DNA from: an uncultured Clostridia bacterium
GTDB lineage: Bacteria; Bacillota; Clostridia; Christensenellales; UBA1242
Length of the DNA: 64,000 nucleotides
NCBI GenBank assembly: GCA_934777435.1
Contig: CAKVNK010000001.1
Location: 381,827 to 445,826 of the forward strand
Direction: 5' to 3'
The first letter of the stretch is position 1, and every line of letters starts with the position of its first letter. The translations under genes and the position numbers were made by a program. Under the pieces are notes generated by a model, which worked only from the letters and a program-made list of their open reading frames with translations, made no database searches and was not told where the DNA came from. Shown here piece by piece: positions 1 through 9,881 of this stretch.

Positions 1-24
1 TAATTTCAAAACACAAAGTAGAGT

Positions 25-297
25 CTATTTCACACTGCGTTTCAAATTATCGCTAGCCTTAAAAACCGGTGCACGGCGTTCTTCCGCTAAATATGTTTTA
101 CCAGTTTGAAAACTATACATAGGTTTTGGTTTAACTTGATTCACCTTAAATTTGCCAAAGTTGGAAAGTGTCACACTGTCGCCGTTTCTAAGTGCGTCTT
201 TAATAACCCCAACTATTGTTTCCAAGCAAAGTTTGCAATCTTTTTTTGTTAAACCAGTTTTTAAATTAACTTGATTGATAAATTCATTTTTATTCAT
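25..297 (-). CDS. hup: HU-family nucleoid-associated DNA-binding protein
   Basis: 90 aa; MNKNEFI N-terminus, GDSVTLSNFGKFKV beta-arm entry and basic C-terminal arm are classic HU/IHF; AAGGAG RBS just upstream of the ATG. Confidence 0.85.
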   Translation of the reverse strand: MNKNEFINQVNLKTGLTKKDCKLCLETIVGVIKDALRNGDSVTLSNFGKFKVNQVKPKPMYSFQTGKTYLAEERRAPVFKASDNLKRSVK

Positions 298-355
298 AAC
301 AACTCCTTAATTTGGTTGTTACCAATAACACAAAATTTAATCACAAAAGTTAAAT

Positions 356-1894
356 TTAACGTTTTATTGTTCCATATTTAAGCATGGCTATATCTTTTTT
401 ATTGAAAATTTTAAACATAAACAAACTCCCCACATAATTGAGTCCAACCAACATCAAGCCTAAAAGTGAACAGATTGCCCCATCGCAAATCATAAACACT
501 GCAACAAGTGTCACCAGCATCACAACATTACAAAGCAAAAGTTTACACATAAATATATAGTCAAATTTCAATGGAAAACTTAAACCAATTTCAATATGAT
601 TCAAAACCATTGCAGTCACATAACAAGTAGTATTACCTATTGCCAAAGCATAAATATTAATCATTGCACTTGGCATAAAGGTTAGTTGAATAACATATTT
701 CACAACAACCGCTATTATCAAATTTCTTATAGTTGTAAACCTTTTATCGATTGCCTGCAAACAACTTGAATATAGTTGATTGATTGCCAAAAACACAACA
801 CCAAGCCCACTTATTGCCAACAACCTATATGCCAAATTTAAACCTTCCACACCGTAACCTGAAAGTCTGTTTGCATATAAAATTGTTATCAATTTATCTG
901 GTATTAATAAAAAGCAAATAACACATGGCAACGTGATTATAAGCACAATTTTAAGCCCTAAAGCAATTTTGTGTGTCTTGTTATAAATGTGTCCTTTTGC
1001 TGTTAAACTTGGCAATAAAACGCTTGCTATTGCAAACGAAAATATTGTTGGCAAACTTATCAGCGAACCAACCGCACCCGATTCCACACCATACATAAAA
1101 ATTGACATTTGCCTGCTAAAATTTATAGCAAGCAAATTAACTACTAGTAAACTATCCACAAAGCCAGTGATTGGTAAAATAACATTTGTGAGTGTTATTG
1201 GCCAAACATCTTTAAAAATCTCTTTAACCGACAATTTTTCATGTGTTTCATTGTTCGTTGGTGGATTCTTCTTCAAATAAATAAGCAAAGTTGCAAGTGA
1301 AAATAACTCACTAATTGCAATAGCCACCATTGCCCCAACTATTGACGCAAACAGGCTAATTTTAACCAACACAACACACATTGTTAAGCCAAAAGTCAAT
1401 TTGACAAATTGTTCTATAATATTTGAAACCATGCTTGGCGTAAAATATCCCGCACCTTGAAAATATCCACGCAGCACACTGCTTGCACTGATTAATATTA
1501 ATGTTGGTGCTAACACTACATAACAAACCCAAATCTCAGTTGACCCTTGAAGCGTTGCAAGCGGTTTACTAACTATCACTAAAACAAAGCCCAAAGCGAG
1601 TGCAATTAAACTTGTTGTTAACAAACATTTTTTTACAATTTGCGATTGATTGTTTTTATACCTTGAAATAACTTTTGATATTGCCATTGGCAAGCCTGCC
1701 GTAGCAATAACCACGCATAAAGAATATAGCGGAAAAGCCAACTGATAAAGTCCGATTCCTTCTCCACCCAAAATACGTGTTAAAACAATGCGGTATATTG
1801 CACTAAAAATTTTAGCCAACACACCACCTATTGAAAGAATCAAAGCACCTGAAAATAAATTATTCTTTTTCATAACAATATTTTTTACAATCAA
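356..1894 (-). CDS. MOP-superfamily flippase (MurJ/SpoVB/YabM-like)
   Basis: 512 aa polytopic membrane protein; N-terminal block GALILSIGGVLAKIFSAIYRIVLTRILGGEGIGLYQLAFPLY is typical of MurJ/SpoVB-type flippases; true start may be the internal MKKNNLF (1873). Confidence 0.7.
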   Translation of the reverse strand: MIVKNIVMKKNNLFSGALILSIGGVLAKIFSAIYRIVLTRILGGEGIGLYQLAFPLYSLCVVIATAGLPMAISKVISRYKNNQSQIVKKCLLTTSLIALALGFVLVIVSKPLATLQGSTEIWVCYVVLAPTLILISASSVLRGYFQGAGYFTPSMVSNIIEQFVKLTFGLTMCVVLVKISLFASIVGAMVAIAISELFSLATLLIYLKKNPPTNNETHEKLSVKEIFKDVWPITLTNVILPITGFVDSLLVVNLLAINFSRQMSIFMYGVESGAVGSLISLPTIFSFAIASVLLPSLTAKGHIYNKTHKIALGLKIVLIITLPCVICFLLIPDKLITILYANRLSGYGVEGLNLAYRLLAISGLGVVFLAINQLYSSCLQAIDKRFTTIRNLIIAVVVKYVIQLTFMPSAMINIYALAIGNTTCYVTAMVLNHIEIGLSFPLKFDYIFMCKLLLCNVVMLVTLVAVFMICDGAICSLLGLMLVGLNYVGSLFMFKIFNKKDIAMLKYGTIKR

Positions 1895-2199
1895 AATAAA
1901 AATATTTATTTATCTATATTAAAATTTAAATCAAAAAATAAATATTTAATTTAAAAATTTAATAAAAATTATTCAAAACCCTTAAAAAATAGTATTTTTC
2001 AATATATTTAAGTGTTTTTTTAATATATTTAAATTATTTTTTATAAATTATTTATGTGAATTATAATAATTTTAGATTATATTTTTTATTAACTTAAAGC
2101 CTATAAAAAATCACTGCAAGCATAAATTTAAAAAATATTTATCATTTACAAACTTAAAAAACACTAGGAAATTTTTTACAATTTTTATATAATAATATT

Positions 2200-3114
2200 A
2201 TGAAATTAAAATTCAACAAGTTCATCTATGCACTTGCTCCCATGGCAGGTGTAACTGATTTTGCATTTAGAAAAATATGTGCAGACTTTGGTGCAGACAT
2301 GGTTGTTACTGAAATGATAAGTTTAAAAGCATTTGAAAATAACAGCCGTCAAACATCAAAAATGTTAAGAGAAGAAGCCAACGCAATATGCGGTTGTCAA
2401 GTGTTTTTTCATGATCCTAATATTGCTCATCTTGTTGCAGATAAACAGTTTGAAAAATTTGATTTTATAGATTTAAACTGTGGTTGCCCAGCACCCAAAA
2501 TTGTTAAGAACAAAGATGGCAGTGCAATGATGAAAGATATTGATAATTCACGTGAAGTCATTTCTGCCCTTGTTAAAAGTACAAGCAAACCAGTATCAGT
2601 TAAATTTAGGCTTGGTATCGACGGCAATGAAAACTATTTAGAATTTGCCAAAATGTGTGAACAATGTGGTGTTGCTTTTGTAACTTTGCATGCCCGCACA
2701 CGTGAACAAGGCTATGCTGGAAATGTGGATAAAGACGCATATAAAAAACTTATTAATGCTGTTAATATCCCTGTGTTTTGGTCTGGTGATATTATATCCA
2801 AACAAGATGCAGAATTTGCAAAATCTATTGGTTGTGCTGGTGTTATGATTGGACGTTCTGCAATGGGTTGCCCTGAAATATTTTGCGAATTTAAAGGCAC
2901 AAATAAACCATACAGCAAAAAACAAGCAATTCAAACACATTTGGAATTGTTAAAAACATATTTTAGAACTGAAAAAACATTAGTTGCATATTTTAAAAAA
3001 CACCTTATGTGGTATGTTAAAAATGAACCTCTTGCAACGAAAAAGCGATTGGAAATTATGCAATACACCAATCTTGAAGAGATTGAAAATCTTATTTCTC
3101 TTTTACCAGATTAA
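2200..3114 (+). CDS. dus: tRNA-dihydrouridine synthase
   Basis: 304 aa; APMAGVTDFAFR, DLNCGCPAPKI and TLHARTR blocks of the Dus FMN TIM-barrel family. Confidence 0.85.
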   Translation: MKLKFNKFIYALAPMAGVTDFAFRKICADFGADMVVTEMISLKAFENNSRQTSKMLREEANAICGCQVFFHDPNIAHLVADKQFEKFDFIDLNCGCPAPKIVKNKDGSAMMKDIDNSREVISALVKSTSKPVSVKFRLGIDGNENYLEFAKMCEQCGVAFVTLHARTREQGYAGNVDKDAYKKLINAVNIPVFWSGDIISKQDAEFAKSIGCAGVMIGRSAMGCPEIFCEFKGTNKPYSKKQAIQTHLELLKTYFRTEKTLVAYFKKHLMWYVKNEPLATKKRLEIMQYTNLEEIENLISLLPD

Positions 3115-3240
3115 AATATCTAGCCTTTACAATCAAAAATGTTAATTCTATAACCACATATAAAATTTGCATTTATATAAACTTAAATATCTATTTAACA
3201 TTAATTAAAAAACAATATCTACAAAGCAAAATATATCAAC

Positions 3241-3831
3241 ATGCTAAAAATAAAATATATTGACAATTCAACAATAAAGCAGTTTAACACAAACCAAATA
3301 GGTTGTGCATATTTTTCAACTCGCTTTAACGAATACTCACAGCAACAAAACAAGTTAAATGTATATTGTGAATATGTTTTGCTTAAAAATTTATTAAAAT
3401 CTATAAATATCGATTTAGATAAGCAAACCATTATAAAAATATCATCTGGTAAGCCTATTTTTGATAACTTAAAGATATTTTTTAACATATCACACAGCAA
3501 AGATCTTGTTGCTGTTGCGATTTCAAGCAATCCTATTGGTATTGACATACAAGCAATCAGCCCATACAACGCAAAAGTAGCACAAAAATATTTTAACACT
3601 GATGAACTTACTGTTATAGAGAAATCAAAAAATAAAGATATTCAGTTTACTAAATATTGGACAAAATATGAGAGCATGTTAAAACTTTTTGGCTCTCGCA
3701 AAGAGATGTTGAATAAAAATGTAAAAGTTAACACAAAGTTCAAAAACGTTAAAGATTTAAACAATACCAAATACAGTCTTTGCATTTCCACATCAAAACA
3801 TATTTCACTTGACAATCCCACCACTCTATGA
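3241..3831 (+). CDS. Sfp-type 4'-phosphopantetheinyl transferase
   Basis: 196 aa; SGKPIF...NISHSKDLVAVAIS...IGIDIQ and FTKYWTKYESMLK match the PPTase G-x-D and W-x-x-K-E-S motifs; paralogue of 35305-35853. Confidence 0.6.
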   Translation: MLKIKYIDNSTIKQFNTNQIGCAYFSTRFNEYSQQQNKLNVYCEYVLLKNLLKSINIDLDKQTIIKISSGKPIFDNLKIFFNISHSKDLVAVAISSNPIGIDIQAISPYNAKVAQKYFNTDELTVIEKSKNKDIQFTKYWTKYESMLKLFGSRKEMLNKNVKVNTKFKNVKDLNNTKYSLCISTSKHISLDNPTTL

Positions 3832-3928
3832 TAACATATAAGCGTTTTAAAATTCTTGTTGACTAACATTAATGAATAACACAAACAACATTTGAATATT
3901 TAATTTTAAACCAAATTAAAACCAATAT

Positions 3929-3967
3929 GTTCTCGTAGTAAAACGGATATTACGGAGCCCTCCTAAG
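3929..3967 (+). pseudogene. 5' half of a tRNA-Arg(CCU) gene interrupted by the island (attL side)
   Basis: GTTCTCG-TA-GTAA-AACGGATA-TTAC-G-GAGCC-CTCCTAA-G, then unrelated sequence; acceptor strand GTTCTCG is the exact complement of CGAGAAC at 18202-18208; anticodon stem GAGCC pairs with GGCTT at 18176-18180. Confidence 0.85.
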
Positions 3968-4092
3968 TATCGACTTGTACAAAATAAAAATCGCTAAATA
4001 TCCCTAAAATACGGACAATTTGCGATTACTTCAAACTCACACAAAACCAAAGTTCACCAAAAATTCACCCAAGCACCAATAAAACCCATTAT

Positions 4093-4169
<77 letters not shown>

Positions 4170-4177
4170 ATTCCAAA

Positions 4178-4209
4178 AGAAAAAAGACGGCTTATTTAGT
4201 CGTCTTTTT
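4178..4209. terminator. bidirectional intrinsic terminator
   Basis: AAGACGGCT / AGTCGTCTT 9-bp stem (one G-U), 5-nt loop, A-run before and T-run after; sits between the tRNA (+) and the end of the 197-aa gene (-). Confidence 0.6.
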
Positions 4210-4785
4210 CTGTGATATTCTTACTATATCCGAACGATTAGATTTTATTTTTATTATTTTATTAATATACATATCAACATTTTTTGCGAATATGTAAAGC
4301 GTTTTTTCTTCTTTGTCTTTCAACGACATACATTTACATTCGTAAATTCTATATTTTAAAATGTTTAATGTGGGATTAATATAATACAAGTTTTCTCTTA
4401 TATAAATAAATCCAAGTAGTAAATGTATCATACATATGAAAATACAATCAAATAGCAAATCTGTGTAGGGTACAGCAAAGGCTGTTAAAACCAACAAAGA
4501 AAAATGAGTAAAATATTGTTCTCCTGTATGATTTTTGCATTCAACTATTTTGTACTCTATTCCTAGTGAACTCTGTTTAAATTTTAATGTTTTAAAAAAT
4601 ATTAAAACGGAGGCTATCATGCCTATGAAAGTTAATAGTGTAACAATCCCAAAGCAAATCCATGATCCTAAATTCATTGTATAATCACTATTTATTAAAT
4701 AATCTGGAATCATTCTTATCAAGAATATTATGTTCATAAAACATACAGCCATTAAATAATAAAAGATTTTTTCAATTATTCTCAT
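4192..4785 (-). CDS. four-TM membrane protein, KwaA-like (Kiwa-type defence candidate)
   Basis: 197 aa, four hydrophobic helices then a ~70-aa soluble tail; ATGA start/stop overlap with the upstream 314-aa gene; paralogue at 41717-42265 shares the EQYF..FSL.VL and YI(R/K)..L(Y/F)YINP.LN.L.Y blocks. Confidence 0.5.
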   Translation of the reverse strand: MRIIEKIFYYLMAVCFMNIIFLIRMIPDYLINSDYTMNLGSWICFGIVTLLTFIGMIASVLIFFKTLKFKQSSLGIEYKIVECKNHTGEQYFTHFSLLVLTAFAVPYTDLLFDCIFICMIHLLLGFIYIRENLYYINPTLNILKYRIYECKCMSLKDKEEKTLYIFAKNVDMYINKIIKIKSNRSDIVRISQKKTTK

Positions 4786-5726
4786 TCTTCTACCTTATCT
4801 TCAAATATATTATATTTCAATTCTTTCGAGATTAAGTTGATAATTTTTTTACCATTCTTTTTAGTTACGTTTAACAAATCTTCTTTAAAATCTTCTTCAC
4901 TAAACACATTTCTACATTTATCTAAAATACGATTTTTTAAATCTTTGGGATCAAATGCTTCTATTGCATTTAAATAACTAGTATCTTTACTAATTTTTGC
5001 AATTCCTCTATATGCATATTTATTTTTTAATAAATCCATAAATTTATCTGCATTATAAAATATTTTCCATTTTGAAACATGTTCAGATGCTGTTTTCATT
5101 GCTGTTTCTTTCAAATTTTCATCATAATCAAATATAGAGTTGAATCTTGTTTCACTTAATATATACACATTATCATTTAAGATGACAACATCTATATTAT
5201 AATTTAATGTTAATGCCTTTGTATTCTCTTTTTCTTTAAAGCGACCATATTCTTCTAAGAATAATCGTTTATATTTCAATACTTTTTGTGTGTTTTGATA
5301 TTTTGAAACAAAATAGCAATAAGAATCATCCGTTGTGTCTTTTATTTCAGTTACATAAAGATTTAATTCTTCATTATTATACGATAATTTTTCACTAGTA
5401 TTTAATGTGTAGATATCTCTTTGCGATAGATTTCCACAACTATTTATTGTTTTGCATATAGCATCCCATCTTTTTTCAATTGACGATAAATTAAGAACTG
5501 GCAATGCACTATTATCATTCCCATTCGGATTATAGTTTTTTACTTCTCTATTGATAAATCCATATAAATAGTCATTGTAGTCTTTTAACAATGAAGAATT
5601 AATATCGTCTGGCAATAAAACCGCATTGTTAAGTTTCTCGCTTCTTGCATCGAATTTAACTAAATATATATTAATTTCACAATGCTTTAATTTATCAATT
5701 ATATCAGTAATAACTATATTTTCCAT
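4782..5726 (-). CDS. soluble 314-aa protein, KwaB/DUF4868-like (Kiwa-type defence candidate)
   Basis: Size and blocks such as LNYNIDVVILNDNVYILSETRFNSIFDY and YRGIAKISKD resemble DUF4868/KwaB as I remember it; translationally coupled to the TM protein; not verified by HMM. Confidence 0.45.
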   Translation of the reverse strand: MENIVITDIIDKLKHCEINIYLVKFDARSEKLNNAVLLPDDINSSLLKDYNDYLYGFINREVKNYNPNGNDNSALPVLNLSSIEKRWDAICKTINSCGNLSQRDIYTLNTSEKLSYNNEELNLYVTEIKDTTDDSYCYFVSKYQNTQKVLKYKRLFLEEYGRFKEKENTKALTLNYNIDVVILNDNVYILSETRFNSIFDYDENLKETAMKTASEHVSKWKIFYNADKFMDLLKNKYAYRGIAKISKDTSYLNAIEAFDPKDLKNRILDKCRNVFSEEDFKEDLLNVTKKNGKKIINLISKELKYNIFEDKVEE

Positions 5727-5790
5727 AATATCTCCTTAAGTTAAGATATTATAACATAAATTATGTCAAATTACCATACATGTTGCCAAT

Positions 5791-7182
5791 TTATTCAAAT
5801 ATTTTATTTATTACTTCACTTGCATGTATATCACTATTCTTTAGAAAGTGGCTATAGAAATCACTGGTGGTTGAGGCTTTGCTGTGGCCAGCTCTGGCTG
5901 ATACAGTCTTCATATCTACGCCCGCCATTAGTTGCAATGTTATGTTTGTATGGCGAAGTGAGTGGAGTGTAACGATTGGCAGTCCTGCTCGTGCAAGAGT
6001 TTTTTGTAACCATACTCGTAGCAGTCCTGGGCAGATATCTTTGCCGTCTTCTGTGCAGAATAGTCTATCTGTGTCGCCAAACCTATCACCAAGATACTTC
6101 TTCTGGTTTTGCCACCAAGCTTCGTATTCGTGTAAGCATTCAATAAGTTTGTCTGGCATTGAGATTGTGCGTTTTTAATTTTCTGTCTTTGGCTCTTTGG
6201 TGATTATTCCAAACCCAACTATATCTTGAACAGATCTTGCTATTGTCATTGTTTTGTTTGAATAATCTATATCTTTCCATCCAAGACCTGCAAGTTCGCC
6301 ACGTCTTATGCCCATAAAGAGTGCTATTAGCAAGGCGATTTTCCATCTTGGATTATCTAGTTTGTCTAGATACACAGCCAGTTGTTTTGCTTCTTTGTCA
6401 TTAAGTATCTTAACTTCTTTTTTGTGTCCTTGAATTGGTGCAATGTAATCACGAGATGCAAAGTTGTGTTCAACTAATCTTTGCCTTTTCGCATCGGCTA
6501 GAATTGTTGCTAATATGCGTTTAAGTTTGAGTATAGTTTCTTTTGCGTACGGGCGACTAATTACTTTAACATCAAACCACTCATCAAAGTCTAAGTTGAG
6601 TGCACTACATATTGTTTTTGCGCTATCAATCCTTATGCCATTACCAACTGTGGCTGAGTAATAGATTGATCTAGAGATGCCACTATTTCTAGTAGCATCA
6701 ATCAGTTTTATACAGTGAGATTTTAAATATTGAGTTAAATCTCGTTTGAGTATTGCATATCTTTGTTCATATTTCTTAGCCATCATTTCATCTAGGAAAC
6801 CTTGCACCATGACTGGTGTTATTTGGTTAAGTTTAATATTCCCAAAGTATGCCTCAAACTTTCTAATATTGTCTCTGCCTTTTATGTAGTAGTTTAGCGA
6901 TCTTGTATTTTTAATCTTTTCAAGCCACTTATTGGCATAATCTATAAAAGTTATGTCGTTATCTACTGTAAGCATACCGTTTAGTTGTTTTTTGAATTTA
7001 TCTTCAAAGTCCAAGCAAACTCTTTGCAATTCTTTCTTGGCTTGAATTTCGGTTAACTCGTTTGGTTTCCTCCAACACATTGATTTCGCCACAAATTGTC
7101 CAGTCCTTAGATCTTTTGCTTTTACTTGTATTCTATATGATATTGATCCGTCATTTAGTTTTTTCTTTCTAACGCAATCCAT
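5791..7182 (-). pseudogene. int: tyrosine recombinase (phage-type integrase) interrupted by one in-frame TAA
   Basis: ORFs 6175-7182 and 5791-6159 are in the same frame. The N-terminal core-binding domain and catalytic Arg (GIRRGEL) are followed by ...KEPKTEN-TAA(6175-6177)-KRTISMPDKL. Downstream are LHSLRHT (HxxR), AGH and the catalytic Tyr in SDFYSHF. Confidence 0.85.
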
Positions 7183-7196
7183 TTTATTTCTCCCTT

Positions 7197-7415
7197 TTAT
7201 CTAATAATTACTTGTTCCATTGGTAGTTCATAATCTTTGCTCTGCAAGAAGGCAAGCAGTGAATCATAGTCAATTAATACCTTCTTTCCAGTTTTAATTG
7301 ATCTAATTTTGTATCCATCTGCCAACTTTCTTATTAAGAATTCACTTAGTCCAGTGTTTGGATCTTCTTGTTTAATCATTTGTAATGTTTCTTTAATTGT
7401 TCTAATTCTTTGCAT
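7197..7415 (-). CDS. xis: excisionase-type HTH DNA-binding protein
   Basis: 72 aa from the internal ATG preceded by GGAGG; IRTIKET...LSEFLIRKLADGYKIRSIKTGKKVLIDYDSLLAFL fits the Firmicute ICE Xis/HTH_17 pattern; directly upstream of int. Confidence 0.6.
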   Translation of the reverse strand: MQRIRTIKETLQMIKQEDPNTGLSEFLIRKLADGYKIRSIKTGKKVLIDYDSLLAFLQSKDYELPMEQVIIR

Positions 7416-7724
7416 TATTCCTCCAGGTGCTGTCACTACCTGGACTTGCATTCTTATGCGAAACAAAAAGTACCGCAAAAGAGTATACAAGTCCAGTGAA
7501 ACAGCAAAATATATTCAAAATTAAACTCTGTATCTTTGAATTCTTTTTTGCTTTGTTTCTGTTTATATTTGTATCTCTGTTATCTTGGTCAAATTCGTGC
7601 CTTCTTTGATTTTTTAGCAGTCCACTTGACAATTTATTCAAGTCAAGATTTATCGCTCCTAAAACTTGAAATGACGGCTTATGTTTTCATAAAATTGCCA
7701 ACTGAAATATTACATATTTGAACT

Positions 7725-7840
7725 ATTTTGATTTAGATTTGATTGTTTTTGATTTTTATTTTGAAATCAAAATACGCAAAAGCCTTTCTTTTCCTAACTT
7801 TTTAATAAAATTTTGAAAAATTTTTTGATTTTTGATTATG
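7725..7840. repeat. iteron-like TTGATT repeats (candidate island replication origin)
   Basis: TTGATT at 7728, 7739, 7749 (10-11 bp phasing), inverted copy at 7765-7770, and again at 7825 and 7832; non-coding AT-rich stretch next to the rep-like gene. Confidence 0.35.
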
Positions 7841-7911
7841 CGAAAATTTGCGTGCGACTGCCTGTCCGCTTATTAAAAACCTTTGGCTAGAGATTTGACC
7901 GCCCCTTGGGG

Positions 7912-8574
7912 TTATGCATCCACCAGCTCTTTTATGGTTTCATCCAATGCTTCCTTAAACTTATTCCCATATTGTAATCCAAGAACTTTTACATTTGAGA
8001 CATCAAAAAGGATATATGTATCTGTTATTTTATCAATAAACAAAAAATTATCAATATAAGCCTTAAATAAAGTTTCTCCAAAACGCAATTTGAGTTTAGC
8101 AAGAAGGTAAGTGAGGATATCGTTTTTATCCAGATCTTTCACGCGCGCGTTATCATGTATTATTTTAATTTTTTTAATATCATAATAATCTATTGTCAGC
8201 AGTCCGTTACCTTCATCGTGGAAGCCAATTTCCGACAAGTTAAAGTGGGCTGGCATTTTGTTGCCGAATAGGACATCAAAATCTATAAATAGATGCAGTT
8301 CGTTAATTTTTCCTGAAAGCCTTTGAATAATTTCTTTTTTTTCCAGCCTTGCTATTAAGTTTCCAATTTGTCGTTCTTTTATGTTAAGGATGGGTAAGTC
8401 CTCTAAAATCTTTTTGTAGGTTATTTTATAATATCTCTTTTGGTCTATGAATTTGTATCTCATATAACCACTATTTACGAATTGTAACAAATATTCCAAG
8501 AACAGAAGATCGTTGAGTTTTAAGCCAAGTCTTAACACAATTTGTTGATCGAATTCAAAAATGTAATTTCTCAT
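7912..8574 (-). CDS. putative replication initiator/organiser (wHTH N-terminus, DnaA-domain-I-like C-terminus)
   Basis: 220 aa; N-terminal LNDLLFLEYLL...ERQIGNLIARLEKKEIIQR resembles DnaD/replisome-organiser wHTH; C-terminal LFKAYIDNFLFIDKITDTYILFDVSNVKVLGLQYGNKFKEAL resembles DnaA N-terminal domain. Confidence 0.35.
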   Translation of the reverse strand: MRNYIFEFDQQIVLRLGLKLNDLLFLEYLLQFVNSGYMRYKFIDQKRYYKITYKKILEDLPILNIKERQIGNLIARLEKKEIIQRLSGKINELHLFIDFDVLFGNKMPAHFNLSEIGFHDEGNGLLTIDYYDIKKIKIIHDNARVKDLDKNDILTYLLAKLKLRFGETLFKAYIDNFLFIDKITDTYILFDVSNVKVLGLQYGNKFKEALDETIKELVDA

Positions 8575-8825
8575 TATTTCTCCTTGTATCTATTGTTTTG
8601 AATGCCATACCAAAGATCTTCTTTAAGTTCTTTTATAAAATGTTTAAGTTCTTTTATTGTTTTTGTGTGTTCCAAATGATTAATAATCAACCAATCGCTG
8701 TTTGCATCTTGTAATTGCCATACAGGTACTAATTGGTATTTTGGAATTGAATAATAACAACTCATAAATTTCCTTAAAGACATTTTGCGAATATCTTTTG
8801 TTGTTAACAATTTGTTTATGAACAT
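8574..8825 (-). CDS. hypothetical protein (island)
   Basis: 83 aa ORF with GGAGG RBS; the RBS can pair with AATCCTC 20 nt upstream (possible RBS-sequestering hairpin); start/stop overlaps the rep-like gene. Confidence 0.4.
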   Translation of the reverse strand: MFINKLLTTKDIRKMSLRKFMSCYYSIPKYQLVPVWQLQDANSDWLIINHLEHTKTIKELKHFIKELKEDLWYGIQNNRYKEK

Positions 8826-8933
8826 AAAAAAATCCTCCTTTTTTAGATTAGAGGATTAATTCAAACGAGCTCTTTTTTGAAGTGACCCTCTACTTATAAG
8901 GGTGCACTTTTTTGTATATGTCCGAAAACTGTC

Positions 8934-9158
8934 CTAATGTAGTCTTTCTAATATTCCTGAGCTTTCTAATAATGTAAATATTTGATCTTTAATAGATTGA
9001 TCTTCTATTTCTTGTAGGTCTGTTGCTTCTTCTTCAAATATCTCATCAAACACTGCTTGAGCGAGGTCATATCGCGCAAGTAATCCTGCAAAAATATATC
9101 TTGCCTTTTTTGTTTGATGTTCGACAGAACCTTTTGTCATATTATGTTTTTTTTGCAT
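8934..9158 (-). CDS. hypothetical acidic protein (island)
   Basis: 74 aa ORF overlapping the end of the upstream gene by 17 nt. Confidence 0.35.
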   Translation of the reverse strand: MQKKHNMTKGSVEHQTKKARYIFAGLLARYDLAQAVFDEIFEEEATDLQEIEDQSIKDQIFTLLESSGILERLH

Positions 9159-9780
9159 ATTCTCTTATTGAAATACCTTTTAAAAACCGTTCAATAATAA
9201 GGTCGTGGTAGTTCTTCAATTCTGAATTTTTTAATGCATTTGATAAGCAGTTCATATTACTTGCAAGTTCCAATAATTCATCATAAGTCATACCAACGGG
9301 AATTAAACTCTTTTTGCCATTTTTTATTCTAATACAATTCTTATATCTAGGATAATCTGTTTTTAGGTTATCTAATATAAACTTTGCTTTGTAATCATAG
9401 CCAACTGGAACATTTCGTTTATGGTACTTGTGAGCATATCTTTTTTCGCCATAGTTTCCATCAGTATAATACTTATGAAAATAATCTCTCACTCTACCAA
9501 TTTGGGTATGGTATTTTCTCATTACCATTTTCATGAAAAGTCTTTGATGGTATTTGTCAACTTCATCTGAATTATCAAATTCTTCAAGCAATTCATCTGT
9601 CAAACACATGTCTTGGATCTCTCTTGGAAGTTTTGCAAATTCAGCAAGTGGAAGATCAGCATATTCTTTTAATCGTTCTTTTGTAGGTTTATTATCAGAT
9701 AGTTCTTCAATTATTTATTCTTCCATATTAGATTCATCTGCTATTGTATCCCAAATATCATAACTATCATCTTCGTACAT
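9142..9780 (-). pseudogene. sigma-70 region-4-like HTH protein, apparently interrupted by an in-frame TAA
   Basis: C-terminus LIIERFLKGISIREYAKK looks like a sigma region-4 HTH. The frame is open from ATG 9780 (GGAG RBS) through MYEDDSYDIWDTIADESNMEE-TAA(9715-9717)-IIEELSDNKPTKERL... into ORF 9142-9609. Confidence 0.4.
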
Positions 9781-9848
9781 AATCTTTCTCCGTTTCAACC
9801 ATTATACATTAAATTCCATAAAATTACTTTTATTTTGCCTACATTTAA

Positions 9849-9880
9849 TAAAAAAGAACGGATTTAATTTTCCGTTTCTT
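9849..9880 (-). terminator. intrinsic terminator ending the RM operon
   Basis: AACGGA / TCCGTT stem with a T-run on the minus strand, immediately after the MT-A70 gene stop. Confidence 0.45.
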
Positions 9881-9881
9881 T

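Noticed and set aside
5867-6346. ORFs 5867-6178 (+), 5940-6143 (-) and 6140-6346 (-) overlapping the integrase
   Set aside because: They are in alternative frames or on the opposite strand of a gene with clear integrase motifs, so they are spurious.
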